A stretch of 64,000 bases of DNA from positions 51,274,001 through 51,338,000 of the forward strand of contig OX597830.1 of assembly GCA_951406725.2 (NCBI GenBank), written 5' to 3'. Under the pieces are notes generated by a model. It was not told the DNA's origin. It was given only the letters and a program-made list of their open reading frames with translations, and made no database searches. A program made the translations under genes and the position numbers. Within the stretch, counting starts at the first letter, position 1; each line of letters opens with the position of its first letter. Source of the DNA: Octopus vulgaris (lineage: Eukaryota). This document shows, one piece after another, positions 42,511-56,200 of this stretch.

Positions 42511-43010
42511 GAAGGCGCGTGGATTAATGGTTAGGATATTCGACACAAGGTCGTGAGTTCAATTCCTGGTGACGCGTTGTGTCCTTAAGCAAGACACTTT
42601 ATTTCACGTTGCCCCAGTCTGCTCAGCTGGCACAAGTGAAAAGTACTTGTATTTCAAAGGGCCAGCCTTATCACATTCTGTTACACTGAATCTCCTTGGG
42701 AACTACTCGTGTCTGTGGAGTGCTCAATCACTTACACGTTAAATTCACGAGCAGGCTGTTCCGCTGATCGGGTCAACTGGAAGTATATATATACGTATAT
42801 ATGAGCGAAACACCTAAGCTCCACGCAGCTCCGGCAGAAGGTAATGGCGAACTTCTGCTGACTCTTTCGCCACAACTTTCTCTCACTCTTTCCTCCTGCA
42901 TCTTGCAGCTCACCTGCGACGGACCAGCGTCACGTCCAGGTGAGGCATCTATACGCCAAGGAAACCGGGAAACCGGCTCTTATGAGCCAGGCATGGCTCG
43001 AAAACGAACA
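42511..43010 (+). mobile_element. Two adjacent SINE pieces (family C-related; the second has a V-domain-like motif)
   Basis: Head gaaggcgcgtgg..gagttcaattcc; second piece cctgcgacggaccagcgtcacgtccagg. Confidence 0.7.
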
Positions 43011-43133
43011 AACAATATATATTGTGAAGGCATTTGAAAGATACACATAAATATAATTTGTAGAACTTTATACATAAAGAATTTCGGTCGGGCGTTCTGT
43101 ATCTAGTTCTGGAAATTGTTTTGTAAACGACAG

Positions 43134-43211
43134 ACCATGCTGAGGATCTTGCAGATGTTTGCGTATCCATATACGTAAATATTAACAAGTGAAACTAATT
43201 AGTACATAGGT
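43134..43211 (+). ncRNA. Type I hammerhead ribozyme
   Basis: ACCATG-CTGAGGA-tCTTG..(12-bp inner stem)..CAAGt-GAAA-C-TAATTA-GTA-CAT(A)GGT. Palindromic helix III ACTAATTAGT. Confidence 0.8.
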
Positions 43212-43390
43212 AATCGTTCTTTTATTTCGTATATTTTCATTTGTCTTGCTTATTTTTACATTTTGTTTTTTTGCTGACTTTTTTTTAGAGAACACACCCT
43301 TCGTGGAAAATGGCGATTTTGACGACTATATCTAGCATATAGGCTGTCCATTTTTTTAGTGGTCGGTCCTCTAAATTATATATATATAAC

Positions 43391-43805
43391 AGGCGCAGGA
43401 GTGGCTGTGTGGTAAGTAGCTTGTTTACCAACCACATGGTTCCGGGTTCAGTCCCACTGCGTGGCACCTTGGGCAAGTGTCTTCTACTATAGCCTCGGGC
43501 CGACCAAAGCCTTGTGAGTGGATTTGGTAGACGGAAACTGAAAGAAGCCCGTCGTATATATGTATATATATATATGCGTGTGTGTGTTTGTGTGTCTGTG
43601 TTTGTCCCCCTAGCATTGCTTGACAACCGATGCTGATGTGTTTATGTCCCCGTTACTTAGCGTTCGGCAAAGGAGACCGATAGAATAAGTACTGGGCTTA
43701 CAAAAGAATAAGTCCCGGGGTCGAGTTGCTCGATTAAAGGCGGTGCTCCAGCATGGCCGCAGTCAAAATGACTGAAACAAGTAAAAAAGTAAAGAGTAAA
43801 GAGTA
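43391..43805 (+). mobile_element. SINE family A
   Basis: Full-length match. Confidence 0.9.
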
Positions 43806-43899
43806 TATATATATATATATTTGATCACTACAGGAGATGAGTATAATTCCAATATTATTGGCAATGAAAACCCTACCGATTCTCTGTGTCCAGCTTTCA

Positions 43900-45589
43900 T
43901 TCACATCCTCACTCAACAAAGAATTGAACAAAAACGTAATTCAATGCCACAAGGAAGCCTATCACTCGTAACACTTAACTATCTTTATTCAAACTTCTAC
44001 ACTGTCACTCGATATACCAAGAATAGCAACCAAATCTCCGCTAAATTACGTTGGGTTAATGTATGTCATTCGTTTCCACCCAGCTACAGTTACATTCTTC
44101 ATAAGACGGATAGCTTTGAGTGTTTACTGTCTTTAAATAAGATTAAATACAATGTATTTCACATGTATAGGACTCTGCCCAAAACTACTCTCCCATCTAC
44201 TTCCTCTCCTTCTTAGCTGTTTCAATGATTCTTTCGCTCTCACTTTGTGTATTGTGTGTGCGCGTGTGTTTGAATGTGTGTGTGTAGTGTTATTTTATTC
44301 CTTCCTTGTCACAAACCTTTCTATGTGAACTCCTAGCACGTCTTATGCTAAGTGACCCTGCATCTCTCTTTTACTTACTCTTCCTCCCTCCTCATCCATG
44401 TTCGTCCGTCAGAGCAAGGTCATCTTGTCATCCCCAAGAATGACTGGTGACAAGTGCGCCGACTTTGTTTAAAAGGAAGGAGAGCTGCGCACCGTCAGCC
44501 TCGCTCTCTTGACCATAACCCTCTTCAATCCAGTGTCAAGCCCAGGTCAAGTTGATTGGGAATGAAGACGGTTGTAGTGGATGCCCAAGACGCCTACTTG
44601 TTGAGCATATGTTTGTTAACAATACCGAAGATTAATAAAGTATATTATATCAAATTCCATTTAATTCTATCTAAAAGTGTTACGCCATCAAAATATTTGA
44701 GTAAATATACAGTCAATACTTATTACGTAAACATAATCAGAACCTACTATTAGATATTATATATAGAAAATTTATATAACTAAGTACATTAAAGCTATTA
44801 TTACTTTAAGATATGTTATATCTTTAGTTTAGTTTAGTAGGATACTACAGTAATTTTAACTAAATATTTCAGAGAAGTAAGTTTAATAGTTTACAGTAAA
44901 ATAGATACATATTGCCACTTAAATTAGATTAAATTTATATTTACAATATTTAATTAGTATATTATACTTATTTAGTGTATTTAAACTCGAAAAACTGCAT
45001 TATACCAGAAATATTGATCTATTAAAATATATGAATATCTTTCATTTAAAAGCAATTATCAATGCTTACTATAAACCTAATGACATTTCTTAAATGTCCA
45101 TTTTGATGCATGCACACTACCCTATCCTTCACATTTTATAACGTTCTCCCCAACTCACTAGTTTTTATCTACCATTCTCCTTCCTTCTTTAATCTATATC
45201 TTCTTAACTACCATAACGCCTTCAATGAACTATTTTGTATCATATTTGCACGAGCAGAAACATGTTGAATGTGTTATATATATACATGTATATATATATA
45301 AGTAGCAATAACGGTTCTCTAAGGAACACCTGCATTTAAGAAAACACACACACCAGAGTTTGTCGTAGGTTTGCCTACACATTAAATGTAACTTCCTTTT
45401 GGAAACTCTTCCTGAAGAAATACCCAATTGACTGTTTTCGAATATGGAAACTTGAATTATGTTTCTATAAATGAATTGATTAGGTATGGAAACAGACGTA
45501 GGCAGTTGTTCTGCATGAATTTGAAGGTCTTTAAATAAATAACGGCTGTACGACAATTTTTTTCCATTTTCTTCATTTTCTCATATATG

Positions 45590-45590
<1 letters not shown>
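43900..45590 (+). pseudogene. Heavily decayed PLE-like remnant with a degenerate 3' HHR (45404-45507), ending at (TA)n
   Basis: Weak motifs PQGSLS..LRWV and RRLLVEHMFV; CTGAAGA..ATACC/GGTAT..GAAAC-AGAC-GTA. Confidence 0.4.
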
Positions 45591-45629
<39 letters not shown>

Positions 45630-46165
45630 ATGTATATATATATATATATATATATATAGTATATATATATATATATATATATATCAGGTCATTAACAATG
45701 AATTGGCCGCATTTGAACTGAATGTTTGATTTAGTGTATCTCAACAAAAGGCAATGCAGTTAATTCAAAGTATGCCTCTAAATTACCAACATAATTTTGC
45801 CACTCTATCGGTAGCTTATTTATGCCGACAGCGAATAATTCTGGAGAGTAAGAAGTGAGGAAATAACGAAAGACAGACAAAAATATATTTGGGACAGACA
45901 AGTGAAAGTGTACACAATCATAAAGTCAGCTGTTCAGATGTTATTATCTCTTTGCAATTCAGAGATAAAAGGGAATAGCTATGGACAAATACTCCGAAAC
46001 TGCGATCTTCTCGTATTATATCCAGATTATGAATTTACATTTATATGAATAGAAATTGTGCACTTGGTTGTGTGAGTAAAGAATTATGTGAAAATCTGGA
46101 TAAGCTAGGGTTTTCAGAAAAAGAAATCAACCAGCTAACATTTACAAATACACTCTGTGGCACAG

Positions 46166-46289
<124 letters not shown>

Positions 46290-46398
46290 TTGTCTTTTAC
46301 TTGTTTTAGTAGTTTGACATAAACACCAACGTCAGTTGCGAAGTCGTGGCGGGAGAAAAACAAAGACATAAAGACACACACATACACACACACACACC

Positions 46399-46429
<31 letters not shown>

Positions 46430-46527
46430 GATAAAAATTTTCGAAAAAATTTTATCAATGGCCAGTATATTAAAAAAAATACCTTTAAAGTTTAAATTTT
46501 ATAAACAACTTATATGTTTATAAGTTG

Positions 46528-46587
<60 letters not shown>

Positions 46588-46654
46588 TGTGTCTGTGTGT
46601 GTGCGTGTGTGTGTGTATGTATGTAATTCATATATATATATATATATATATATA

Positions 46655-47095
46655 GTGAGAATTTACCAAAATAACAAAAAAAGCAAAAGACGAAGCCGGG
46701 TGTGTAAACAACAAACAGATGTATTAGTCTAATGCTCGGGAAGTGAGAAAGTCTTTTACGTTTCGAGCCTATGCTCTTCGATAGAAAAGAACACAAAAAT
46801 AAACAGGGAGAGAATATAGAAAACTATTTTTGCCGGGTCCGAGGGCATTGGTAGAAGGCCGTTTGTGAAAGTTGGAGGCAGGGAGCCCCCTGACTGCAGT
46901 CATGGTGGGGCGCACAGGTGCGATAGAATGTACTTCCTTTCATGCGGGCAAGGATTAAACGATTTCAGCTTGGTCTCTATAGTGATCTTCAGTCCGAGGG
47001 AGTTCATGATGATTGTGAGGTCCTCTCTGAGCCTATCTAGCGTCTAGAGTATGGCCGTTAGCCCCTCTTGATATTGCCAGCGAGTCGTCCCTGTA
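46655..47095 (-). mobile_element. PLE RT fragment (YRDD) joined to an HHR-bearing PLE tail
   Basis: YRDDSLAISRGANG..LDRLREDL..LGLKITIET, then a tail similar to 27061-27258 and 40380-40589, ending at (TA)n. Confidence 0.7.
46753..46788 (-). ncRNA. Minimal hammerhead-like motif (A6U family, with G5A decay)
   Basis: Minus strand TTTT-CTATCGA-A-GAGC-ATAG-GCTC-GAAA-CG-TA-AAAG. Confidence 0.5.
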
Positions 47096-47165
47096 TATGT
47101 GTGTATGTGTGTGTGCATGTATGTATGTATGTATGTATGTATGTATGTATGTATGTATGTATGTA

Positions 47166-47359
<194 letters not shown>

Positions 47360-47486
47360 AATTCTCCTATATTGGTTGTCCTAATCACATCTTAAAAGTC
47401 ATCTGAGTGATGTGTGATGGCGTGTGGTGTGTGTGTGTGTGTGTGTAGTGATGGGATGGGTATCATCTGTCTAGATCAAACAAACA

Positions 47487-47538
<52 letters not shown>

Positions 47539-47827
47539 ATACGTATATGTATGTATATATTCTTTTTCTCTGCCGAAGGGACTCCCAAGTTCCTTTGTAT
47601 TCTCTGCTCCTAGCTTGTGTGCTGGCGATGAGAGTACAGCTGACATACAGCCACACATTCACAGATACACAAGAACCACAGGCACGCAAGTACTCCCACA
47701 ATAACAAACCTTGTGGCAATATCGGACGTGTGGACAATCTCACGAATTCCCAAGAATTCTAAAGACAAAATTCCTCTCTCAGTCTTCTTATACTGGGAAC
47801 TTCTAACAAACTGACGAATTAATGAAT

Positions 47828-47902
47828 TGATGGTTATCAATATCATATCGTATCAATGGTTATCAATATCATATCGTATCAATGGTTATCAATATCATAT
47901 CA
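47828..47902. repeat. 26-bp tandem repeat, about 3 copies
   Basis: atggttatcaatatcatatcgtatca units. Confidence 0.9.
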
Positions 47903-48300
47903 ACCAACTGCCGAATAAAAGTGTAATTACAACAGAGGTGTTACGTATCAATAATTGTGTTCTGAAACGATTTAACCCAACATCAAAGACACACCTTCTT
48001 GACTGTGTTTCTATAGAGAATCTCCTTGCTCTCTTGCTGCTCCAGGTGACATCCGGCTTTTTATAGATCTGGTTACAGAGATTTTTATGTAATGTTTATA
48101 AGAGTCAAAAGACGAATTCAATTATGTATGCGTATCGGAGCGGTAACTGTCGTTGTGGATGTTGTTATAGGTACCGCTGCTGTTGTTATTGTTCTTGCTG
48201 TTTGTTTGTTTGTTTGTTGAGCGAAACGGTCTTCATCCCAGAGCTCGCAAGATCGCGCCTCTGTAGTGGGAGAAGTCCGAAACGTGGTCCTTTGCTATTC

Positions 48301-48870
48301 GTAAGTTTCTTAAGCACTTGACTATATCTTCCACATATATCTGTCATTGGATTATTTTCGATCTTCAAAGATTTAGAAAGATTTAAGACCCAAGTTTATA
48401 AGAAATTTCTCTTTTTTAATTATAAATTAGCATATGAGCTAATGACATGATTTCTACGTTGTCGCTGACTTGCTAGAAATAGCAACCAAGCTCTCTCAAT
48501 GTATTCATCGCTATTTTAAATAAAAGAATAGATACACAGATTATATATTACTTACAATAGACAGGACTGTCATATTCGGAATACATTTGAAAGCAGGTCA
48601 ACCCCCGACACCGAGAGCATCGACGGATGGATGAATGCGCATCCAGGCTCATCGGTTGCGTAGAAAGTCGGGGACAAGAAACAGGAAGAAAGAGTGAGAG
48701 AAAGTTGGAGCGAAACAGTACAACAGGGGTCGCCACCACCCACTGCCGGAGCCTCGTGGAGCTTTAGGTGTTTTCGCTCAATAAACACACACACAACGCC
48801 CGGTCTGGGGGATCGAAACCGCGATCCTCCGACCGCTAGTCCGCTGCCCTAACCACGGGGCCATTACGTC
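48301..48870 (-). mobile_element. SINE family C plus extension (inverted copy of 6209-6760)
   Basis: Near-identical over ~550 bp. Confidence 0.85.
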
Positions 48871-48992
48871 ACGAGTGCTACAATCGTCCTTATTGTTGAT
48901 GTTATTGTTGATGTTGTCTTCCTTGTTGCTGTTGTTGTCGGTATTCATTGCTGTTGCTGTCAGCGTTGGTGTTGTTATTGTCGTTGTAGGTG

Positions 48993-49803
48993 GGCGGAGG
49001 TAAAGGACATCAACTGCACCCCTTGCTTTTCTTTTTTGTTTTTGTTTTGTTTTGTTTTGTTTTCTACAGAAACCCACCTTTTCGACTGCGGAGATTCCTA
49101 ATCGGCAAAAAAAAAAAAAAATAATAAATAAAATAAAATAAACCCCGGCATTTCAAAATGTTAATTCTTTTTTTGGTAATTCGTATTTAGAAAGTGGATC
49201 TTCGGTTTGGCTGTTGTTTCTAGCTTGTCGAACTTTCTGGTTGGAGCATACTTAAAAATTGAAGATTTTGAAAACCCCCAAAATACGTTTCCAAAATTTT
49301 AATTTTCCCCCTCTACACCACCTGACAAAGAAAATAAAAGTGGGATGGGGAATTAAGATTTTGAAAACGTGATTCGTCGTTTAGCTGCTGTTTGTAGCAT
49401 GTCGAGTTTTTTGTTTAGATACTTTTTATGTCTTGCTATTTTAGTAGGAGGGGACGGATATTTATTTATTTATCTATTTATCTATTTATCTATTTATTTA
49501 TTTATTTATTTATTTATTTACTTATAGAAAAATTGAAATTTTACAAAATATTTTTTTCCAGAATCATAATCTCCGTATTTTTCTACATATTTCAAAAAAA
49601 AAAAAAATTCTAAAAAAAGTGAATAATTGGGGAGGTAGAGGAAGGGGGAAAGGGAATTAACATTTCGAAATACCGATGGTTTTTTTTTTTTTTGCAGATT
49701 TGGAATCTCTACAGTTGAAAAGATAGGTTTCTGTAGAAAAAAAAACAACAAACAAACAAAAAAAATACCGAAGTGGGCGCGGTCGATGTCCTTTACCTCT
49801 ACC
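48993..49803. mobile_element. Long-TIR MITE (Merlin- or Mutator-like)
   Basis: ~170-bp imperfect TIRs starting GG (ggcggaggtaaaggacatc / gatgtcctttacctctacc); 8-bp TSD tgtaggtg / tgtgggtg. Confidence 0.75.
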
Positions 49804-49946
49804 TGTGGGTGTTGTTGTTATTGTTGTTGTTGCCACTGTTGTTCTTTAAAACCATCATAGCTGCGTAAATATGAAATCCGTCTTTTTCATGAACGTGCTA
49901 TCTTTTCTATTGGCTGATAGATTTAGTCCGCCCTGATTCAGTTTAA

Positions 49947-50636
49947 CACCGCTGCCACCCCAACCACGACGGCTGCCACCCCAACCACGACGGCTGCCAC
50001 CCCTACCACTACCACAACCACCACCACTACCACCACTATCACCACCACCACTACCACCACTGCCACCACCACCAACACTTCCAACGATATCATTACCACT
50101 ACCACCGCCACCACCACTACTACCATCACCACCACCCCTACCACTACCACCACCACCACCACTACCAACACTATCACCACCACCCTACCACCACTGCCAC
50201 CACTACCAACACTACCAACGCTATCATTACCACTACTACCGCCACCACCACTACTACCATCACCACCACCCCTACCACTACCACAACCACTACTACCACC
50301 ACTATCACCGCCACCACTACCAACACTACCAACGATATCATTACCACTTCTACCACCAACACCACTACTAACATCACCACCACCCCTACCACTACCACAA
50401 CCACCACCACCACCACTATCACCGCTACCACTACCAACACTACCAACGATATCATTACCACTTCTACCACCAAAACCACTACTACCATCACCACCACCCC
50501 TACCACTACCACAACCACCACCACTACCACCAGTGCCCCCACTACCAACACTACCAACGCTATCATTACCACTACTACCGCCACCACCACTACTACCATC
50601 ACCACCACCACTACCACCAACACCACCAACACCACT
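49947..50636. repeat. (ACC)-based compound minisatellite, period ~110-135 bp
   Basis: accaacactaccaacg.tatcattaccact recurs 5 times. Confidence 0.9.
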
Positions 50637-50649
50637 CTAGTGTGGTAAA

Positions 50650-51030
50650 CTTCTTCCGTCCTTACCACCATCTGGTGTTTGGTTGTAAAACATTTGATCA
50701 CGTCCCTATTCGGAAGTTGGCAATCGCTCTTCTTCTCATCAGTGAAGGAGGCCCCATATAATGCTATGGATGCCACTCTCCGTATACTGGCGAATGCATA
50801 AAGAAATACTTTTCCAGTGTATCACTGGGTTAAGTAAAGCTTCGTGGCCGGCCCTGCACCAAACGGTTGCACGTGATTGGGGAAGATCTCCTGAGGCTCA
50901 ACGTCACCTTGGAGGATGCAGAGGGGCTTGCACGGGACCGCCAGCTATGGAGAGCAATGGTGGAACTGGATGGCTCTACGCATAGTTACGTCCCTAGGAC
51001 CACTAACCAGGTATGACCCCAACCCTATCA
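50650..51030 (+). mobile_element. Decayed RTE LINE 3' fragment
   Basis: LRGRPCTKRL..IGEDL..EDAEGLARDRQLWRAMV, similar to RGRPRTRW..DL..AQDR..WR. Confidence 0.7.
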
Positions 51031-51254
51031 AGCAAGAACGTGAAGAGAAACGAACAAAGCAATATGTCATTCTTTTTGAGATATTGTGGAATGATTTGAA
51101 AGGGATTCAGTTGCTACTTTTTGTAGAACGAGCAGGCATGAAGAGTCCCCTTCCCTCATTATTGGCAGGTTACATTGTATTTCTTCGGCAAAATATGTCA
51201 AAGAATAACTTACGAGTGAAATATTCATCAGTGATGCCAATCATTAAGAGGAAG

Positions 51255-51625
51255 CCTGTCAGTGCAGGTGCCACTTAAAAGCAAGCAGTCCACTCTGTAA
51301 AGTGGCTGGCGTTCGGAAGGGCACCCAGCCGTAACAACCTTGCCAAAACAGACCTCGCCTGTGCTTGTGTCACGTACAAAGCAGAAAGTCCACTCTGTTG
51401 AGCGGTCGGCATTAGGAAGGGTATCCAGCTGTAAAAATCCCGCCAAAACAGTCACAGAAGTCTTGTGCATGTTTCTGCCTGGCCGACTCTTGTGAAAACG
51501 TCCCACCCACCCGTGCTAGCATAGAAGTCGGACGTTAAACGATGATGATGATGATGATGATGGTGATGATGACGACGACGATAATGATGATGAGGATGAT
51601 GATGATGATGATGACGATGATGATG
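51255..51625 (+). mobile_element. SINE-like repeat with a duplicated ggc.tt.ggaaggg.a.ccagc motif and (GAT)n tail
   Basis: Motif present twice; ends cggacgttaaac(gat)n. Confidence 0.6.
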
Positions 51626-51681
51626 GGGGTACCAAAATCGTTTGAGTGCTTAGGGCCTCTACGGGTCTTAATCTGGCGATG

Positions 51682-51807
<126 letters not shown>

Positions 51808-51828
51808 CAGGCAGACAGACCCACAGAC

Positions 51829-51910
<82 letters not shown>

Positions 51911-51923
51911 GCAGACAGATAGT

Positions 51924-51993
<70 letters not shown>

Positions 51994-52713
51994 CAGGAAC
52001 TTCGAGGTTTTCGGCTAAATTGCCATTGTTTGATTGGCGAAGGAAAAAAAATCTGAAACTTAATAGTGAAAGTTTTTCACTAGTTGAATAACCCGTCAGG
52101 CGAAACAGAAACACCTAACTAGCGGGAATTTTATAATATATATATATATATAATGGAGTGGGGTGTCTGTGTACGAGTGTATTCATACTCATGTATTTGT
52201 TTAAAAGAATGTGTTTGAAAGGCAGACAGACAGACAAAGAAAGTATGTATAATAGTTAGAATGTATATTTAAGAAATGCTTTATATTCATGCATCATTTG
52301 TAATGCCGGAAAATTGCCCACCCATAAGAATGACTCGGCTACATGTCTATGAATGCTACAGTATTTACAAACGAATAGATACAACCGTTGGTATATATAA
52401 GTACGTGTCTAGGTGGTGTTGTACTTAGATTTGATGGAGTAAATATGTGCGTATAGATAATTCATTCAAAGACACTTTTAGCCCAGATCAGCATTCACAC
52501 AGCCATATATCGTCATTCAAGCTTTCAGATAGTACGTTACATCTCTAATGTATGCTAATTTATTCCAGCACACTAGTTAGCACTCGTAAGCACTTCTACA
52601 TCCGTGCGTATACATACATTCGTATTCGCACACGCGCACACTTATACACACACATACAAATACATATATATATAACTAATATACATAAACGTACACATAT
52701 ATACGTTTATATC

Positions 52714-52806
<93 letters not shown>

Positions 52807-52901
52807 CATACATACATATATATATATATATACATATACATACATACATACATACATACATACATACATACTTACATACATATATATATATATATATGTA
52901 A

Positions 52902-52961
<60 letters not shown>

Positions 52962-53047
52962 ACACATGTCATTTCTCAGTGGGAAAGCGTTTGCTTATAT
53001 GTATATATATTTAATTATGCATGTCGGTATGCATAAATATGTATATA

Positions 53048-53833
53048 CGAGATCCAATCAATAAGTATCCAGAATGTTGCTATAGTAACGAGGCTAAAGC
53101 ACGCAGAGTGAAGCCGCTAAGCAAATAATGACCTTGAACTTTGCTATGCATGCGCATTAAGTCTTAACGTTCTAGCTCACTTCCGTTGTTTACAGCAGTA
53201 CTTGGAAGGAAGAGGTGTAGCGTGTGATCGTCGCGTTGACCACTACAGAGAAAGTTGTCATGGTGATGTCTGCTCAGGGGCCTACACAAAGTCGCAGAAA
53301 GTGTATGGAGAAGAGTGTATGAGCCGCACACAAGTGTGCGAGTGGTTCAGACGTCTCCAAAATGACCGAAAAAATGTCGATATTGACGAACCTTCAGGGA
53401 AACCTGCAACCAACAGAACTGAGATAAAAATCGCAGATATAGGTGCAACAGTGAGGAAGGAATCGTCGAATCACCATCCGTGAGTTATCAGAGGATATGC
53501 AAATTAGTTACGGTTCAGTTCAATTCATTGTCACTGAAGATTTGGGTATGAGACTCGTGTCTGCCAACTTTGCTGCAAAACTGCTTTCAGCTGACCAAAA
53601 AGACATTCGGGTTTCAGTTGTACAAGATTTCTTTGATTGTGTCGAGAACGATGAAAACTTTTGGAAAACTTTGCGTAGGCCTCTGAGCAGATTCTCTGCT
53701 CAACTTTCTCTGCTATGGCCAATGCGACGATCACACACTACACACCTTCCTTCCAAGCACTACTCTAAACAGCGGAAGCGTGCTTTAGCAACTTTACTAT
53801 GGCAACAGTCCGGATACTTATTGATCAGACGAC

Positions 53834-53834
<1 letters not shown>
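53048..53834 (+). mobile_element. Internally deleted mariner element
   Basis: TA flanks; TIRs atcaataagtatcc..ctaaagcacgc; HTH remnant VYGEECMSRTQVCEWF..SGKP, ISYGSVQFIVTEDLGMR..KLLSADQK. No catalytic domain. Confidence 0.9.
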
Positions 53835-53881
<47 letters not shown>

Positions 53882-53943
53882 ATATACACATATATATATA
53901 CATATATATACAAATATATATATATGAAAATATAAATATATAT

Positions 53944-54316
53944 AGGCGCAGGAGTGGCTGTGTGGTAAGTAGCTTGCTAACCAACCACATGGTTCCGGGT
54001 TCAGTCCCACTGCGTGGCATCTTGGGCAAGTGTCTTCTGCTATAGCCCCGGGCCGACCAATGCCTTGTGAGTGGATTTGGTAGACGGAAACTGAAAGAAG
54101 CCTGTCGTATATATGTATATATATGTGTGTGTCTGTGTTTGTCTGTATATGGTGGTGTGTTTACGTCCCCGTCACTTAGCGGTTCGGCAAAAAAGAGACC
54201 AATAGAATAAGTACTGGGCTTACAAAGTATAAGTCCCGGGGTCGATTTGCTCGTCTAAAGGCGGTGCCCCAGCATGGCCGCAGTCAAATGACTGAAACAA
54301 GTAACAAGTAAAGAGT
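53944..54316 (+). mobile_element. SINE family A
   Basis: Full-length match. Confidence 0.9.
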
Positions 54317-54397
54317 ATATATATACACACACATATACTTACACACTTTCACACATACATACGTACACCCATGTGTGTGTTTGTGTGCGTGTGTACC

Positions 54398-54454
<57 letters not shown>

Positions 54455-54653
54455 GTGTGCCTTTGTGTGTATCCGTGGTGTGTTTCTGTGCTTCCCTCTT
54501 TCTATGTCATTGTACTCTAAATTTGAATTTGTACATGTGTTGTTGCGCTAATCATTGTCCTCCTGGTATATCTATTAGTATATTTACTAATCTACAAAAT
54601 AAGTCAATTGTTTAAGCCACTCTGTCCGTCTGTCTATCTGACTATCTACCTGC

Positions 54654-54698
<45 letters not shown>

Positions 54699-54974
54699 GA
54701 ATAAATGTAATAACTGTTTACGCTGATGCCAGACGCACTACGGTGTTTAAGACGGTGGTGGGGAAAGGAAACCAACCGGCGATCATTGTCCCCGCCACAA
54801 AAGGAAAGATTAAGTTACAGCGCATCACACAGGTATACACAACACAGGTAGGTAGATAGATACTAGTATATCTCCTTTTTTCTCTTTATTTCTCTCTCTT
54901 TCTCACACTCTCTCTCTCTCTCTCTCTGTTTCTCTCTGTTTCTCTCTCTCTCTCTCTCTCTCAGTATCCCACCA

Positions 54975-55700
54975 TATCACTTCCACCGCCACCAATTCCA
55001 ATATGCATCATGATTACGACAACCGCCACCGTCGCCGTTGCCGCCGTCGCCACCGCCGCCACCAGAACCACCATTACTACAACCAGTCACAATCACCAGA
55101 GCCACAACCACCACTAGCACCACCACCACCACCACCATCACCACCACCACCATCACCAACATCACCACCACCACCATCGTTAATGACACCACCATCCCTA
55201 TAATCACCTGAGTTACAAACACCACAACCACCGCAACCACCACAACTTTCTACCATACCACCATCACCGACACAACTTTCTATCACCAACACCATCACCC
55301 TCATCAATGACGCCATCATACCTTCAATCACCTGGCATACCAACACCACCAACACAACAACAACTATCAACACCGCCATCACCGACACCACTCACTTCTA
55401 CTATCACTACCACTACCACCAGATCTACAACCATCACCAACAACAGATCCACAATCACCTGCGTGACAATCACCGAACCACCGCCAGCACCACAACCACC
55501 AACATCCCAACCGTCGGTACCACCACCACTACTTCCACTACTACCTGGACCATCAATATCGATACCATAACCATCTTTTTGCCATTACCAAAGTCACCAC
55601 TACCACCACCAATGAGACCACCATCCCCACAATTATCATAGCTACCACCACCACCACCACCACTACCACCACCACCACTACCTCCTCCAACACAACTACC
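54975..55700. repeat. Degenerate (ACC)n low-complexity region
   Basis: C/A-rich trinucleotide decay. Confidence 0.85.
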
Positions 55701-55839
55701 CGAGTACATTTACTATATTTGTCATTACAAGAGTACAATGATTCCGATAAGAAAACCCAGCAACATTCGACAATGCTGGGTCTGGAAGAGAACATCAAAC
55801 GTATAGTTACAACAATAACAATAACAGCTGCTACTGCTG

Positions 55840-55897
<58 letters not shown>

Positions 55898-56200
55898 ATG
55901 AGAAATTAACTTATATACACACAGAGAAAAAAAAAATCCTTAACATAACTGGAATAGCATCCCAAAGTCTTGCCCTGCTTCTTTTCGAAACCAGAAAATA
56001 CATAATACATCGGCCCTTTCCAACACAGGCAGACACTCTACAAGGGCTGAAGTGAGCGGCCTATAATGAAGCACTAGTCTCACATCAGGGACAGTGTTAC
56101 TACAACGCATGCAGACATCCTGGGCAACATTCAAAGAAGCGCCAAAGCAGTGTGTTATTTTCAACAACATGCAGGTAAAACTAAACCTGTATGCATGACA

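Noticed and set aside
48020-48095. Strong-looking acceptor ctcttgctgctccag followed by a short frame
   Set aside because: An isolated splice-like signal with no supporting exon structure.
49938-50645. Mucin-like Thr-rich exon (TAATPTTT...) after a possible ttcag acceptor
   Set aside because: The Thr frame shifts near 50184 and there is no convincing donor or neighbouring exon. A minisatellite explains it.
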